From Enterobacteria phage phiC600P9: a stretch of 64,000 nucleotides of DNA. The position numbers and the translations under genes are program-made. The stretch lies in the sequence record MZ681930.1. One strand, written 5' to 3'. Numbering within the stretch: position 1 is the stretch's first letter; the number at the start of each line of letters is the position of its first letter. Positions 40,208 to 50,478 of the stretch are shown one piece after another. The notes beneath the pieces were generated by a model, which saw nothing but the letters and a program-made list of their open reading frames with translations, was not told the DNA's origin and did no database searches.

Positions 40208-41212
40208 TTAACTTACCAATTCAATCCAAGCCGGACGAAGTACATCTTGTACCATTTTAACTAATTCCTTTTTAATCAAAGAAGGATTATCCGCTTGAGT
40301 TAAAGTAATACCTTCACGAGAAGTTTCTTCCAAAATATCTTGAACAGTTAGTCCCATCACCTTTCCAAAATCCTTTGGACCAATTTCGCCAATTTTAGAA
40401 ATAACGTTATTTACTCGGTTCAGTGTAACGTAGCAAGCTAAAATTCCCAGCAATTTATTATCAGCTTCTGACAGCTCAACTTTAGCTTTAATAGGCTTAT
40501 CAGACTTTTTCTTTTCGCTAAATTTAGAGTTCTTGCATTTAATAGCTACACGATTGCCATTAGGCATCCAAGAAGGATAACAAGGTTTCAATACATAACC
40601 TTCAGCGGTAAATACTTCGCCTTTTGCTTCGGCATTCCAAACGCATTTATTTGCATCAACTAATCCAGCATGGTCTACTGTAAAATTATAATCCTGGACG
40701 ACAGAATCTAAATCGTTTGGCAATTTAATAAGCTCTTCAAATTTACCGCGACCTAAAAGTGGAGCCATTTTAAATTTAAATGTATTACAGAATGATTCCA
40801 TCATATAATCATCGACATAAGTCACATCACCACTTTCGGTAGTAACAATAATGTCAAATACATAAAAATCTTTATCGCCATAATCGACATTCTTCTGAAT
40901 GCCAGGTCCAGCGAATTCGCCAAAGACTTGATAAGATACAACCGCTGAGGTTTCCATAATATCTTGTACTGCTTTAATGGAATCAGCGTAATTCTTTAGA
41001 ATAATTTCATACCCAAAGAAATCTTCAGCAGGAAGAATAGGACCAGTACGTTTAGCGCAAGTTACTTTATCGCGCTCAATAATCAATGAGAAATTTGTGC
41101 CGTGAATCTTTTCACGAGCTACCCACTCCCCACCAGTCAATCCCAAGCTATAAAGTTTTTCAATAAATTTAGAGTTGTAATGATTTTCAAGACTGCTATA
41201 CTTTTTAAACAT
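40208..41212 (-). CDS. rnlB: RNA ligase 2 (Rnl2)
   Basis: 334 aa as T4 Rnl2; nucleotidyltransferase motif I KIHGTN near residue 35. Confidence 0.9.
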   Translation of the reverse strand: MFKKYSSLENHYNSKFIEKLYSLGLTGGEWVAREKIHGTNFSLIIERDKVTCAKRTGPILPAEDFFGYEIILKNYADSIKAVQDIMETSAVVSYQVFGEFAGPGIQKNVDYGDKDFYVFDIIVTTESGDVTYVDDYMMESFCNTFKFKMAPLLGRGKFEELIKLPNDLDSVVQDYNFTVDHAGLVDANKCVWNAEAKGEVFTAEGYVLKPCYPSWMPNGNRVAIKCKNSKFSEKKKSDKPIKAKVELSEADNKLLGILACYVTLNRVNNVISKIGEIGPKDFGKVMGLTVQDILEETSREGITLTQADNPSLIKKELVKMVQDVLRPAWIELVS

Positions 41213-41221
41213 AATTAATCC

Positions 41222-41500
41222 TCAAAATGTAATTTCTAACCAATCACCATCACGCTGATCACTATTGACTTTAAAGCTGAATCCTTCTTTTCTCAGCCAA
41301 TCACCAATTTCTTCAGTAATCAATTTATCACGAGCAATACAATAATAATTAAAATGTGTTTTACCTTGTTCAGCTGCTTTATTAGCAAGTTCCGAAAAAT
41401 CTTTAATAAAACACTCTAGTTTAAACTGTTTACTTTTAAGTGCTTTTTCGCGTAATTGACTAGCAAAAGATTCATTTTCATAAAGATCATACTGTTCCAT
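41222..41500 (-). CDS. 24.2: hypothetical protein (T4 24.2 position)
   Basis: 92 aa ORF after rnlB; assignment by position only. Confidence 0.55.
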   Translation of the reverse strand: MEQYDLYENESFASQLREKALKSKQFKLECFIKDFSELANKAAEQGKTHFNYYCIARDKLITEEIGDWLRKEGFSFKVNSDQRDGDWLEITF

Positions 41501-41702
41501 TTTTCACCTTCTTATTAATATGTCTTTTTCTATAGACAACTTTTTCTCGAGTCTCAAATTTATTCTTAGCAGTCATAGCTCGAGCCCATAATACAGCCAC
41601 TTCTTTCGCCTGTAAGTTCAATTCACGAGCAATTTCAATGAATGACTTTCCAGACTCATGGAGTGTAAACACCACAACCTCAGTTCTCATAATCAATCTC
41701 AT
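41487..41702 (-). CDS. 24.3: hypothetical protein (T4 24.3 position)
   Basis: 71 aa basic ORF; assignment by position only. Confidence 0.5.
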   Translation of the reverse strand: MRLIMRTEVVVFTLHESGKSFIEIARELNLQAKEVAVLWARAMTAKNKFETREKVVYRKRHINKKVKNGTV

Positions 41703-41790
41703 GTTATCGAGTTGGTGCCATTATATACATCGTTTTCCGATTGTGTTTTGTGTGCTTTCAAAATGAAGAAAGGGGCCGAAGCCCCTGAGA

Positions 41791-42921
41791 TTATGGATAG
41801 GTATAGATGATACCAGTTTCTAAAGCAGTTTTATGAATGATGTATCCATTACGTGATTCTTGAACATCAACTTCTGGATAGTCTTTCATCATCTTCTGAA
41901 GAGTGTAACGATGCAAGTAGTATTTACTATCTGGATCTTCAGTTTTCCAATCTTTACCTTCTTCAGTCATTTTTTGGATTTCATCCATAACCCACCAACC
42001 GCACCAGATATAAGCTGAAGTACGATGTGGAAGAGGATGAACATAAGGTAATTCACCTTCTGGTTCCGGAGCAACTTTATCAGTTACCTGAACTTGACCT
42101 TCTGCTGTGATAGTTTTGCTATCATAGTCAGTTGCTGTAACGACAGCAGTAACTTCAATAGTTTGACTTCCAATAGATGATGTATCAACGGTGTATACAT
42201 TAGTTGACCCTTCTACAGGAGAAGAATCTTTCTTCCATGAATACGTAATTTGCGCTTCTTCCGGGGCATCAGTGACATTAGCAGTAAATGTAGCCGAAGC
42301 ATCTTGCTGAACATTAATAGAAGGAGGAGTCAATGTAACTTGTGGATTCATTGTCTTCTTATTAACAGTCAGTGATACTTCATTAGAAGTAACTTCCTTT
42401 GCATCATAATCTGTCGCTGTTACTTGGGCTACGCATTTAATTCTTTTTACTCCACTTGTAGTTGGAGTATAGCTAAATGTAGCGGAAGTTGCTTCACTAA
42501 CAGGAGAATCATCTACATGCCACTGATACGTAGCAGATGCGCCTGGTGGTTGAGAAGCTAAAGCAGCAGTAAATTCAACAGGAGTTCCAATCACTCCAGC
42601 AGCAGGACTATCAGGAGTTACAGCTAAGGTAGTTGTCTGTGTCTTATTTTGAACTGTGATAGTTGTACTAATTTCAGCTGTTTCGGGACTACTATCGGCA
42701 ACTTGATTGGTTGCAACTACTTTAATAGTCTTTTGACCAGCAGGTCCTTTTAGTACATAACTAAAAGTTGCTTCAGCTCCATCTTGTGGAACATCATCTA
42801 CAGTCCAAACATATGTAATAGGTCCATCTCCAGTTTGACCACTGGGTGTAGCAGTAAACTGCTGAGTCTGATCTATAACTCCAGTAGGTGTTTTAGGAGT
42901 TATATCAACTGTAAAAGTCAT
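41791..42921 (-). CDS. hoc: Hoc, highly immunogenic outer capsid protein (Ig-like domains)
   Basis: 376 aa as T4 Hoc; repeated Ig-like segments. Confidence 0.9.
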   Translation of the reverse strand: MTFTVDITPKTPTGVIDQTQQFTATPSGQTGDGPITYVWTVDDVPQDGAEATFSYVLKGPAGQKTIKVVATNQVADSSPETAEISTTITVQNKTQTTTLAVTPDSPAAGVIGTPVEFTAALASQPPGASATYQWHVDDSPVSEATSATFSYTPTTSGVKRIKCVAQVTATDYDAKEVTSNEVSLTVNKKTMNPQVTLTPPSINVQQDASATFTANVTDAPEEAQITYSWKKDSSPVEGSTNVYTVDTSSIGSQTIEVTAVVTATDYDSKTITAEGQVQVTDKVAPEPEGELPYVHPLPHRTSAYIWCGWWVMDEIQKMTEEGKDWKTEDPDSKYYLHRYTLQKMMKDYPEVDVQESRNGYIIHKTALETGIIYTYP

Positions 42922-42930
42922 AAGTTATCC

Positions 42931-43611
42931 TTATTTTAATGTTACGAAAGAAGAATTGCGTGTTTCACGAATTAGAACTGATCCGTCACGATTAATGTAG
43001 TAAATTAAGCTAAATAAAGTTTGGTGTGCTGACGCATGCTCAAAACTGGTTGGGTGAGATTTCCAATCCGGAGTTTCAGCAATCCACTGGTAAATCCACC
43101 AAGGAACAGTGCAGAATCCTGGATTTTTTCCAATCAGCTGAAGATTCGGACTAAAGTTTTCCGGAAGAGTAAATACAGACGGCTTTTCAGATTCAATAAT
43201 CTCAGCTATAGCCTGTTCGAATTTTTCTTCAACAAAAGGAGTATCTTCAATCAAAACATCGGTATTTTCGGGAATTTTATCCGTTTCTACTACTTCAATT
43301 TTAATATCAGATTTAACCGGAGAATCAATTAGAAGTGCTGCTTCTGGATTGACTTCTTCATCGTCATATTTTAACCCCTCTGCGGCATCAGCAGCATTGA
43401 TTAAGTCTTTAATAGATAACCCATCAGTCTCTGGCATAGGTTCACTAGCGAGCTTCTGGAGGGCTTCTTCAATATCAACAACGATATTATCAAAAGATTT
43501 ATTCTTTTTGACCTTTATACCAAACTGTTCAGCATATTCAGCTAATTTAGCCTTAGCTTCTTTATTATCATCAAGAGCCTTCAGCTCTGCAATATAATCT
43601 TTATCTATCAT
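42931..43611 (-). CDS. inh: Inh, inhibitor of prohead protease
   Basis: 226 aa; acidic; position after hoc as in T4. Confidence 0.8.
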   Translation of the reverse strand: MIDKDYIAELKALDDNKEAKAKLAEYAEQFGIKVKKNKSFDNIVVDIEEALQKLASEPMPETDGLSIKDLINAADAAEGLKYDDEEVNPEAALLIDSPVKSDIKIEVVETDKIPENTDVLIEDTPFVEEKFEQAIAEIIESEKPSVFTLPENFSPNLQLIGKNPGFCTVPWWIYQWIAETPDWKSHPTSFEHASAHQTLFSLIYYINRDGSVLIRETRNSSFVTLK

Positions 43612-43660
43612 AATATTTCCTCAGTATAAATATAGATATATTTATTACTCGGAAAATAGT

Positions 43661-44278
43661 ATGTACCACTTTGTATATGAAACGACAAATCTAATAAATG
43701 GTAAAAAGTATATAGGAAAACACTCTACTGATGACTTGAATGATGGCTACCTTGGTTCCGGTAAGGCAATTCAGCAGGCTATAAAGAAATATGGTGAAAA
43801 GAATTTCTCTAGAACAATACTAAAAGAGTTTAAAACTTCCGAAGAAGCGTACATGTATGAAGAAGAAATTATAACTCCTGAACTAATAAAAAGCAAAAAT
43901 TATTATAATATGAAACCTGGTGGAATTGGTGGAATTGTTATGACTGCAGAGGTTATAGCAAAGATGAAAGAATCTTCCGCTAAGAGATTTGAAAACTCAC
44001 CGGGCACGGTATTAGGTACAACTTGTTACACTAATGGAACTAAAAATATTTTTATTAAACCTGGAGAACTTGTTCCAGAAGGATTTGTAAAAGGGATGGT
44101 TCATCTTAATAGAAAGTCCAGAAAAGGATGTAAAGTCAAACCGACTACCACAGGAACTTTTTGGGTCAATAATGGAGCAATAAATAAATTAATACAACCG
44201 GACGGTATTATTCCCGACGGATTTATTAAAGGTCGTCTCATGAAAAGAGACTCTAAAGGCAAATTTAGTAAGGCATAA
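43661..44278 (+). CDS. segE: SegE GIY-YIG homing endonuclease
   Basis: 205 aa; GIY-YIG motifs (HFVYETTN...KYIGKHS...DGYLGSGK); position between inh and uvsW as in T4. Confidence 0.85.
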   Translation: MYHFVYETTNLINGKKYIGKHSTDDLNDGYLGSGKAIQQAIKKYGEKNFSRTILKEFKTSEEAYMYEEEIITPELIKSKNYYNMKPGGIGGIVMTAEVIAKMKESSAKRFENSPGTVLGTTCYTNGTKNIFIKPGELVPEGFVKGMVHLNRKSRKGCKVKPTTTGTFWVNNGAINKLIQPDGIIPDGFIKGRLMKRDSKGKFSKA

Positions 44279-44280
44279 TT

Positions 44281-45789
44281 ATGGATATTAAAGTACATTT
44301 TCACGACTTCAGTCATGTACGCATCGATTGTGAAGAGAGCACGTTCCACGAATTAAGAGATTTCTTTTCGTTTGAGGCCGATGGATATAGGTTTAATCCT
44401 CGCTTCAGATATGGCAACTGGGATGGACGAATCCGTCTTTTAGATTATAATCGTCTTCTTCCATTCGGCTTAGTCGGGCAAATTAAAAAGTTCTGTGATA
44501 ATTTTGGCTATAAAGCCTGGATTGACCCGCAGATTAACGAAAAAGAAGAATTATCAAGAAAAGATTTTGATGAATGGCTTTCTAAATTAGAAATCTATTC
44601 AGGAAATAAAAGAATTGAACCGCATTGGTATCAAAAAGATGCAGTGTTCGAAGGATTAGTTAATCGTCGTAGAATTCTTAATCTTCCAACATCCGCTGGT
44701 AAATCGTTAATCCAAGCTTTGCTTGCGCGATATTATTTGGAAAATTATGAAGGTAAAATTCTTATCATTGTTCCAACAACTGCTCTGACAACTCAGATGG
44801 CTGATGACTTTGTTGACTATCGTTTATTCAGTCATGCAATGATAAAGAAAATTGGTGGCGGAGCATCAAAAGATGATAAATATAAAAATGATGCACCAGT
44901 CGTCGTTGGTACATGGCAAACTGTAGTTAAACAACCGAAAGAATGGTTCTCACAGTTTGGAATGATGATGAATGATGAATGCCATCTTGCTACAGGAAAA
45001 AGTATTTCATCCATCATATCAGGTTTAAATAACTGCATGTTCAAATTCGGTTTGTCTGGTTCATTACGTGATGGCAAAGCCAATATCATGCAGTATGTTG
45101 GAATGTTTGGTGAAATATTTAAGCCAGTAACGACTTCTAAATTAATGGAAGATGGACAAGTAACTGAGCTAAAAATTAATAGTATTTTTCTTCGCTATCC
45201 CGATGAGTTCACTACTAAATTAAAGGGAAAAACTTATCAAGAAGAAATAAAAATTATTACTGGGCTTAGTAAAAGAAATAAATGGATCGCTAAATTAGCT
45301 ATTAAGCTTGCGCAAAAAGATGAAAACGCTTTTGTCATGTTTAAACATGTATCGCATGGTAAAGCTATTTTCGATTTAATTAAAAATGAATACGATAAAG
45401 TTTATTACGTATCAGGGGAAGTTGATACCGAAACCCGCAACGTAATGAAAACCTTAGCTGAAAATGGTAAAGGAATAATTATAGTAGCGAGTTATGGTGT
45501 ATTTTCTACTGGTATTTCAGTTAAAAATCTGCATCATGTTGTTTTAGCGCACGGCGTTAAATCAAAAATCATTGTATTACAAACAATCGGTCGTGTATTA
45601 CGTAAGCATGGTTCTAAAACAGTCGCAACAGTCTGGGACCTCATAGATGATTGTGGTGTTAAGCCAAAATCTGCTAATACGAAAAAGAAATATGTTCATT
45701 TGAACTATCTTTTAAAACACGGCATTGATCGTATTCAGCGCTACGCAGATGAAAAATTTAATTACGTAATGAAAACAGTTAATTTATAA
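44281..45789 (+). CDS. uvsW: UvsW DNA/RNA helicase
   Basis: 502 aa as T4 UvsW; Walker A PTSAGKS; SF2 helicase motifs. Confidence 0.9.
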   Translation: MDIKVHFHDFSHVRIDCEESTFHELRDFFSFEADGYRFNPRFRYGNWDGRIRLLDYNRLLPFGLVGQIKKFCDNFGYKAWIDPQINEKEELSRKDFDEWLSKLEIYSGNKRIEPHWYQKDAVFEGLVNRRRILNLPTSAGKSLIQALLARYYLENYEGKILIIVPTTALTTQMADDFVDYRLFSHAMIKKIGGGASKDDKYKNDAPVVVGTWQTVVKQPKEWFSQFGMMMNDECHLATGKSISSIISGLNNCMFKFGLSGSLRDGKANIMQYVGMFGEIFKPVTTSKLMEDGQVTELKINSIFLRYPDEFTTKLKGKTYQEEIKIITGLSKRNKWIAKLAIKLAQKDENAFVMFKHVSHGKAIFDLIKNEYDKVYYVSGEVDTETRNVMKTLAENGKGIIIVASYGVFSTGISVKNLHHVVLAHGVKSKIIVLQTIGRVLRKHGSKTVATVWDLIDDCGVKPKSANTKKKYVHLNYLLKHGIDRIQRYADEKFNYVMKTVNL

Positions 45790-45814
45790 GGGCTTCGGCC
45801 CTTTGGAGAAAAAG

Positions 45815-46045
45815 ATGTTACTAAAATTTAAACAATTTCTTTATGAAGCTTCTATTGATGAATTTATGGGTAAAATTGCCTCTTGTCAAACATTAGAAGG
45901 TTTAGAAGAACTTGAAGCTTATTACAAGAAAAGAGTCAAAGAAACTGAATTAAAAGATACTGATGACATCTCTGTAAGAGATGCTTTGGCAGGAAAAAGA
46001 GCTGAATTAGAAGATTCAGACGATGAAGTAGAAGAAAGCTTTTAA
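45815..46045 (+). CDS. uvsW.1: UvsW.1 small acidic protein
   Basis: ATG at 45815 with SD GGAG gives 76 aa; the ORF-track start at 45803 is TTG. Confidence 0.7.
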   Translation: MLLKFKQFLYEASIDEFMGKIASCQTLEGLEELEAYYKKRVKETELKDTDDISVRDALAGKRAELEDSDDEVEESF

Positions 46046-46100
46046 ATTAAAAAAGGCCCAACCAAAAAGGAAGGGCCAAAACTATAGACTAAAGGTCACA

Positions 46101-46268
46101 CTATAGCAAAAGTTGTGTTTCATTTAATTGTTCTTCCGAACTTTCTGAAACTGGTAGTTCTTTAATGTAATTATAGCAAGGCCCAGGATGTACAGGACCT
46201 TTGTCTGTTTCAACAACCAATGCAGAATCGATTGGAGTTTTACAGACAACACAAATCTTATCTGACAT
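46101..46268 (-). CDS. small Cys-rich protein, 55 aa (uvsY.-2 position), below ORF-track cutoff
   Basis: Hand-translated MSDKICVVCKTPIDSALVVETDKGPVHPGPCYNYIKELPVSESSEEQLNETQLLL; strong SD AGGAG 6 nt before the ATG at 46266-46268. Confidence 0.55.
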   Translation of the reverse strand: MSDKICVVCKTPIDSALVVETDKGPVHPGPCYNYIKELPVSESSEEQLNETQLLL

Positions 46269-46296
46269 GATTGTCTCCTCTGAATTATATATCTAT

Positions 46297-46521
46297 TTAT
46301 ACAACTCTCATATGCATATCAATGCCCATATCTTTAGAATAAAAATATTCATCAAGATATCCGGCAAATTTTCCTTTAATATAAAGGACATCTTCACCAC
46401 ACGGGTGATCGGCCAGGATACGAATATCCTGACGCTTAAGATTATGCTTTTTCATTAAGAATTGAATTTCCGTTTCAAATTCTTCTTCATAATTAAAAGC
46501 ATCATCAATGCTATATCTCAT
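46297..46521 (-). CDS. hypothetical protein (uvsY.-1 position)
   Basis: 74 aa ORF immediately downstream of uvsY on the minus strand. Confidence 0.55.
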   Translation of the reverse strand: MRYSIDDAFNYEEEFETEIQFLMKKHNLKRQDIRILADHPCGEDVLYIKGKFAGYLDEYFYSKDMGIDMHMRVV

Positions 46522-46934
46522 TATTTTCCAGCCTCAAATGCCCGCATGTCTTGAATATGCTTAATAGCAAATCCACGTGATTTGATAGCATCAAGAGCTC
46601 CGCTACAGAAATCCAATAAAATCCCCCAATACTGCAGCGAGGTATCAACCTTTAAAACATCCTTATCAGCTGATAGAACTGTCTTCATTTCTGATTTCTC
46701 GTAACGATCCATACTAAATTCATCACCATCTCCTCGTCCCGAGTAGTAGTCTAATCTAGCTTTAAGAGCAACTTTTTTCTGTGCGTCAATTCTAAGCATT
46801 TCCTTTTTAATACTTGAATGCTTATTAAGCCATTTACTATATAACATCACATTATTAGCTGCTTCATACTGTAATTTAGTCGAATCTATAAACACATCTT
46901 TCTTCAATTCTTCTTGAAGATCTTCTAATCTCAT
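46521..46934 (-). CDS. uvsY: UvsY recombination mediator protein
   Basis: 137 aa as T4 UvsY. Confidence 0.9.
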   Translation of the reverse strand: MRLEDLQEELKKDVFIDSTKLQYEAANNVMLYSKWLNKHSSIKKEMLRIDAQKKVALKARLDYYSGRGDGDEFSMDRYEKSEMKTVLSADKDVLKVDTSLQYWGILLDFCSGALDAIKSRGFAIKHIQDMRAFEAGK

Positions 46935-47000
46935 ATTGTTCTCTATTCAATTGTTATTGGATGGACTTAGATTCATTATACCACGTTTTAACGTGAAGCA

Positions 47001-47399
47001 TTATACTCTATTACTGGAAGCCAGTTGCAGTTTTATCTGCTCAATATCATCGGGGTTATCGATGACCGAAAAGCGTATTTCTACTATCAGAGTATAATCA
47101 TCATAAACTGGTATTACATTAACTGATAATTTATCAATACGTGGCTCATAGTTTCTTACTGCGCTTTCGATATTGCGCTCAACTGTGTCAGCAGTAAGAG
47201 GAGTCATATTTTCAAAAAGCTGGTCGGACAAATCACATCCAAATTCAGGGTCAAACGGTCTTGAACCTTTTCTTGTTGTAATAATTCCCAAAAGACTGTT
47301 TTTAATTGACCTTAATCCAAGTGATCTGGAAACATCTTTGTTCCAATCCATTTTCATTTCCGGGTCAATATCAGAATAAAGCTTATTAATATTTGCCAT
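47001..47399 (-). CDS. 25: baseplate wedge protein gp25 (lysozyme-like fold)
   Basis: 132 aa as T4 gp25. Confidence 0.9.
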   Translation of the reverse strand: MANINKLYSDIDPEMKMDWNKDVSRSLGLRSIKNSLLGIITTRKGSRPFDPEFGCDLSDQLFENMTPLTADTVERNIESAVRNYEPRIDKLSVNVIPVYDDYTLIVEIRFSVIDNPDDIEQIKLQLASSNRV

Positions 47400-48025
47400 T
47401 ATAGTAACTCAAAGAACTCTTTGAGGCCTCTTATTACGTGAGCATGGGTTTTTCCACACTCTGGACACTTAATTGGAACAGCCAAATAAACGGTAGGTTT
47501 TAAAAGCATATCTTTTATAGCTACAATATCTGACTCTGTGATGATAGAATATAAATCTTCTAGTTCCTTTTCATTTAAGTCTTCAACTGGAATGCTTTCC
47601 CCGTTAGCATGAATCGTTTCTATGCATGATACTATCATGTGGGCTATATTTTTATCATCAAAAATTTTAGGGTATCGGAATTTAATTTTAATGTCACCCA
47701 GTGTATACCAGAGGTCTTCTGGTGCATCTATTTGTGTATGTAATAGATTTATATGGGTTGGTATTTCAGTTCCACAGGTGCACTTCCAGGAGTTTTCGTG
47801 ATTAACTTCGCCGAGAGAATGTGCCCATAAATGAATCAATAATAGTTCTGATTCTTGGCGGTTTAAATCTTTTGCATTTGTGCAGTCTTTGATTAGCTTT
47901 TTAACAATTACTTCTACAGAACCATTATTTTTGGCAGTAATAAGTTCTAGATATTCTTTAAGCGTGAATGCGCGACAATTGATTATTTTAGAACCAACTC
48001 TCACATCAAATTTGTATTCATACAT
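47399..48025 (-). CDS. 26: baseplate hub protein gp26
   Basis: 208 aa as T4 gp26. Confidence 0.85.
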   Translation of the reverse strand: MYEYKFDVRVGSKIINCRAFTLKEYLELITAKNNGSVEVIVKKLIKDCTNAKDLNRQESELLLIHLWAHSLGEVNHENSWKCTCGTEIPTHINLLHTQIDAPEDLWYTLGDIKIKFRYPKIFDDKNIAHMIVSCIETIHANGESIPVEDLNEKELEDLYSIITESDIVAIKDMLLKPTVYLAVPIKCPECGKTHAHVIRGLKEFFELL

Positions 48026-48046
48026 ATTTAGCTCCTTTATTTATCA

Positions 48047-48058
48047 TATTTATAAATA
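48047..48058. promoter_or_regulatory. overlapping divergent T4 late promoters for gene 26 (-) and gene 51 (+)
   Basis: + strand TATTTATAAATA holds TATAAATA on the plus strand (48051-48058) and on the minus strand (48047-48054). Confidence 0.65.
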
Positions 48059-48075
48059 GAATAAAAGGAGCATCT

Positions 48076-48825
48076 ATGGCAAACATTATTCGTTGTAAAT
48101 TACCAGATAGTGTTCATCGTTTTAAACCATTTACGGTAGAAGATTATCGAGATTTTTTGTTAGTTCGAAACGATATAGAACATCGGTCACCACAAGAACA
48201 AAAAGAAATAATTACTGATTTAATTGATGATTATTTTGGAGACTATCCGAAGACTTGGCAACCATTTATATTTTTGCAGGTATTTGTAGGGTCGATAGGT
48301 AAAACAAAAGTACCAGTCACATTCGTATGTCCAAAATGTAAAAAAGAAAAGACAGTTCCATTTGAAATATATCAAAAAGAATTAAAGGAACCTGTTTTTG
48401 ATGTAGCTAATGTTAAAATTAAATTAAAGTTTCCTTCTGAGTTTTATGAAAATAAAGCAAAGATGATTACTGAAAATATTCATTCTGTTCAAGTAGATGA
48501 AACATGGTATGATTGGAAGGAAATTAGCGAGTCCAGTCAAATAGAACTCGTTGACGCCATCGAGATAGAAACATTAGAAAAAATTCTCGATGCAATGAAT
48601 CCTATTAATTTAACTCTACATATGTCATGCTGTAATAAGTACATTAAAAAATACACTGATATAGTAGATGTGTTTAAGCTATTAGTTAACCCAGATGAGA
48701 TATTTACTTTTTATCAAATTAATCACACACTCGTAAAAAGTAATTATAGCTTAAATTCAATAATGAAAATGATTCCTGCTGAGCGCGGATTCGTATTAAA
48801 ACTGATTGAGAAGGATAAACAATAA
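48076..48825 (+). CDS. 51: baseplate hub assembly catalyst gp51
   Basis: 249 aa as T4 gp51; Cys pairs CPKCK and CCNKY. Confidence 0.85.
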   Translation: MANIIRCKLPDSVHRFKPFTVEDYRDFLLVRNDIEHRSPQEQKEIITDLIDDYFGDYPKTWQPFIFLQVFVGSIGKTKVPVTFVCPKCKKEKTVPFEIYQKELKEPVFDVANVKIKLKFPSEFYENKAKMITENIHSVQVDETWYDWKEISESSQIELVDAIEIETLEKILDAMNPINLTLHMSCCNKYIKKYTDIVDVFKLLVNPDEIFTFYQINHTLVKSNYSLNSIMKMIPAERGFVLKLIEKDKQ

Positions 48826-50000
48826 TGAGTATGTTGCAACGCCCCGGATATCCAAATCTCAGCGTTAAATTATTTGATAGCTACGACGCTTGGAGTAATA
48901 ATAGATTTGTTGAATTAGCTGCTACTATTACCACATTAACTATGCGGGATTCTCTTTATGGCCGAAATGAAGGAATGCTGCAGTTTTATGATTCTAAAAA
49001 CATCCATACAAAAATGGATGGAAATGAAATAATTCAGATTTCTGTAGCTAATGCAAATGATATTAATAATGTTAAAACACGAATTTATGGATGTAAGCAT
49101 TTTTCCGTGTCAGTAGATTCAAAAGGTGATAACATCATTGCTATTGAATTGGGAACTATTCATTCTATAGAAAATCTTAAATTCGGTAGACCATTTTTCC
49201 CTGATGCAGGTGAATCTATAAAAGAAATGCTTGGTGTCATTTATCAGGATCGCACATTATTAACTCCAGCAATAAATGCTATAAATGCTTATGTTCCTGA
49301 TATTCCATGGACTAGCACATTTGAAAACTATTTGTCATATGTAAGAGAAGTTGGTCTAGCTGTAGGAAGCGACAAATTTGTATTTGTATGGCAAGACATC
49401 ATGGGAGTTAACATGATGGACTATGATATGATGATAAATCAAGAACCATATCCAATGATTGTCGGTGAGCCATCTTTAATAGGTCAATTCATCCAAGAAT
49501 TAAAATATCCATTAGCATATGATTTCGTTTGGTTGACTAAATCGAATCCTCACAAACGTGACCCAATGAAAAATGCTACTATCTATGCGCATTCATTTTT
49601 AGATTCTTCATTGCCAATGATTACTACAGGAAAGGGCGAAAACTCTATTGTAGTGTCAAGGTCAGGTGCTTATTCTGAAATGACTTATAGGAATGGATAT
49701 GAAGAAGCTATTCGTCTTCAAACTATGGCACAATATGACGGTTATGCTAAATGTTCTACTGTTGGTAATTTTAACTTGACTCCTGGTGTTAAAATTATTT
49801 TTAATGATAGTAAAAACCAATTTAAAACAGAATTTTACGTTGATGAAGTTATCCATGAATTATCCAATAATAATTCAGTAACTCATCTATATATGTTCAC
49901 TAATGCAACGAAACTGGAAACAATAGACCCAGTTAAGGTTAAAAATGAATTTAAATCTGATACTACCACTGAAGAAAGTAGTTCTTCCAATAAGCAATAA
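48825..50000 (+). CDS. 27: baseplate hub protein gp27
   Basis: 391 aa as T4 gp27. Confidence 0.9.
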   Translation: MSMLQRPGYPNLSVKLFDSYDAWSNNRFVELAATITTLTMRDSLYGRNEGMLQFYDSKNIHTKMDGNEIIQISVANANDINNVKTRIYGCKHFSVSVDSKGDNIIAIELGTIHSIENLKFGRPFFPDAGESIKEMLGVIYQDRTLLTPAINAINAYVPDIPWTSTFENYLSYVREVGLAVGSDKFVFVWQDIMGVNMMDYDMMINQEPYPMIVGEPSLIGQFIQELKYPLAYDFVWLTKSNPHKRDPMKNATIYAHSFLDSSLPMITTGKGENSIVVSRSGAYSEMTYRNGYEEAIRLQTMAQYDGYAKCSTVGNFNLTPGVKIIFNDSKNQFKTEFYVDEVIHELSNNNSVTHLYMFTNATKLETIDPVKVKNEFKSDTTTEESSSSNKQ

Positions 50001-50478
50001 AGAAGTTTCTATTCCTAAAATGGGTCTTAAACATTATAACATTTTAAAGGATGTTAAAGGTCCTGATGAAAATTTAAAACTTCTTATTGATTCTATTTGT
50101 CCGAATTTATCACCGGCAGAAGTTGATTTCGTTTCTATTCATTTATTGGAATTTAATGGAAAGATTAAATCTCGTAAAGAAATAGATGGTTATACTTATG
50201 ACATTAATGATGTCTATGTATGCCAAAGATTAGAATTTCAATACCAAGGAAATACATTTTATTTTAGACCTCCTGGAAAATTTGAACAATTTTTAACGGT
50301 GAGCGATATGTTATCCAAATGCTTGCTTAAGGTCAATGATGAAGTTAAAGAAATTAATTTTCTTGAGATGCCAGCATTCGTTTTAAAATGGGCAAATGAT
50401 ATTTTTACAACTTTAGCAATTCCTGGCCCTAATGGTCCAATAACCGGAATTGGCAATATTATTGGATTATTTGAATGA
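49945..50478 (+). CDS. 28: baseplate hub distal protein gp28
   Basis: 177 aa as T4 gp28; overlaps the gp27 3' end by 56 nt. Confidence 0.8.
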   Translation: MNLNLILPLKKVVLPISNKEVSIPKMGLKHYNILKDVKGPDENLKLLIDSICPNLSPAEVDFVSIHLLEFNGKIKSRKEIDGYTYDINDVYVCQRLEFQYQGNTFYFRPPGKFEQFLTVSDMLSKCLLKVNDEVKEINFLEMPAFVLKWANDIFTTLAIPGPNGPITGIGNIIGLFE

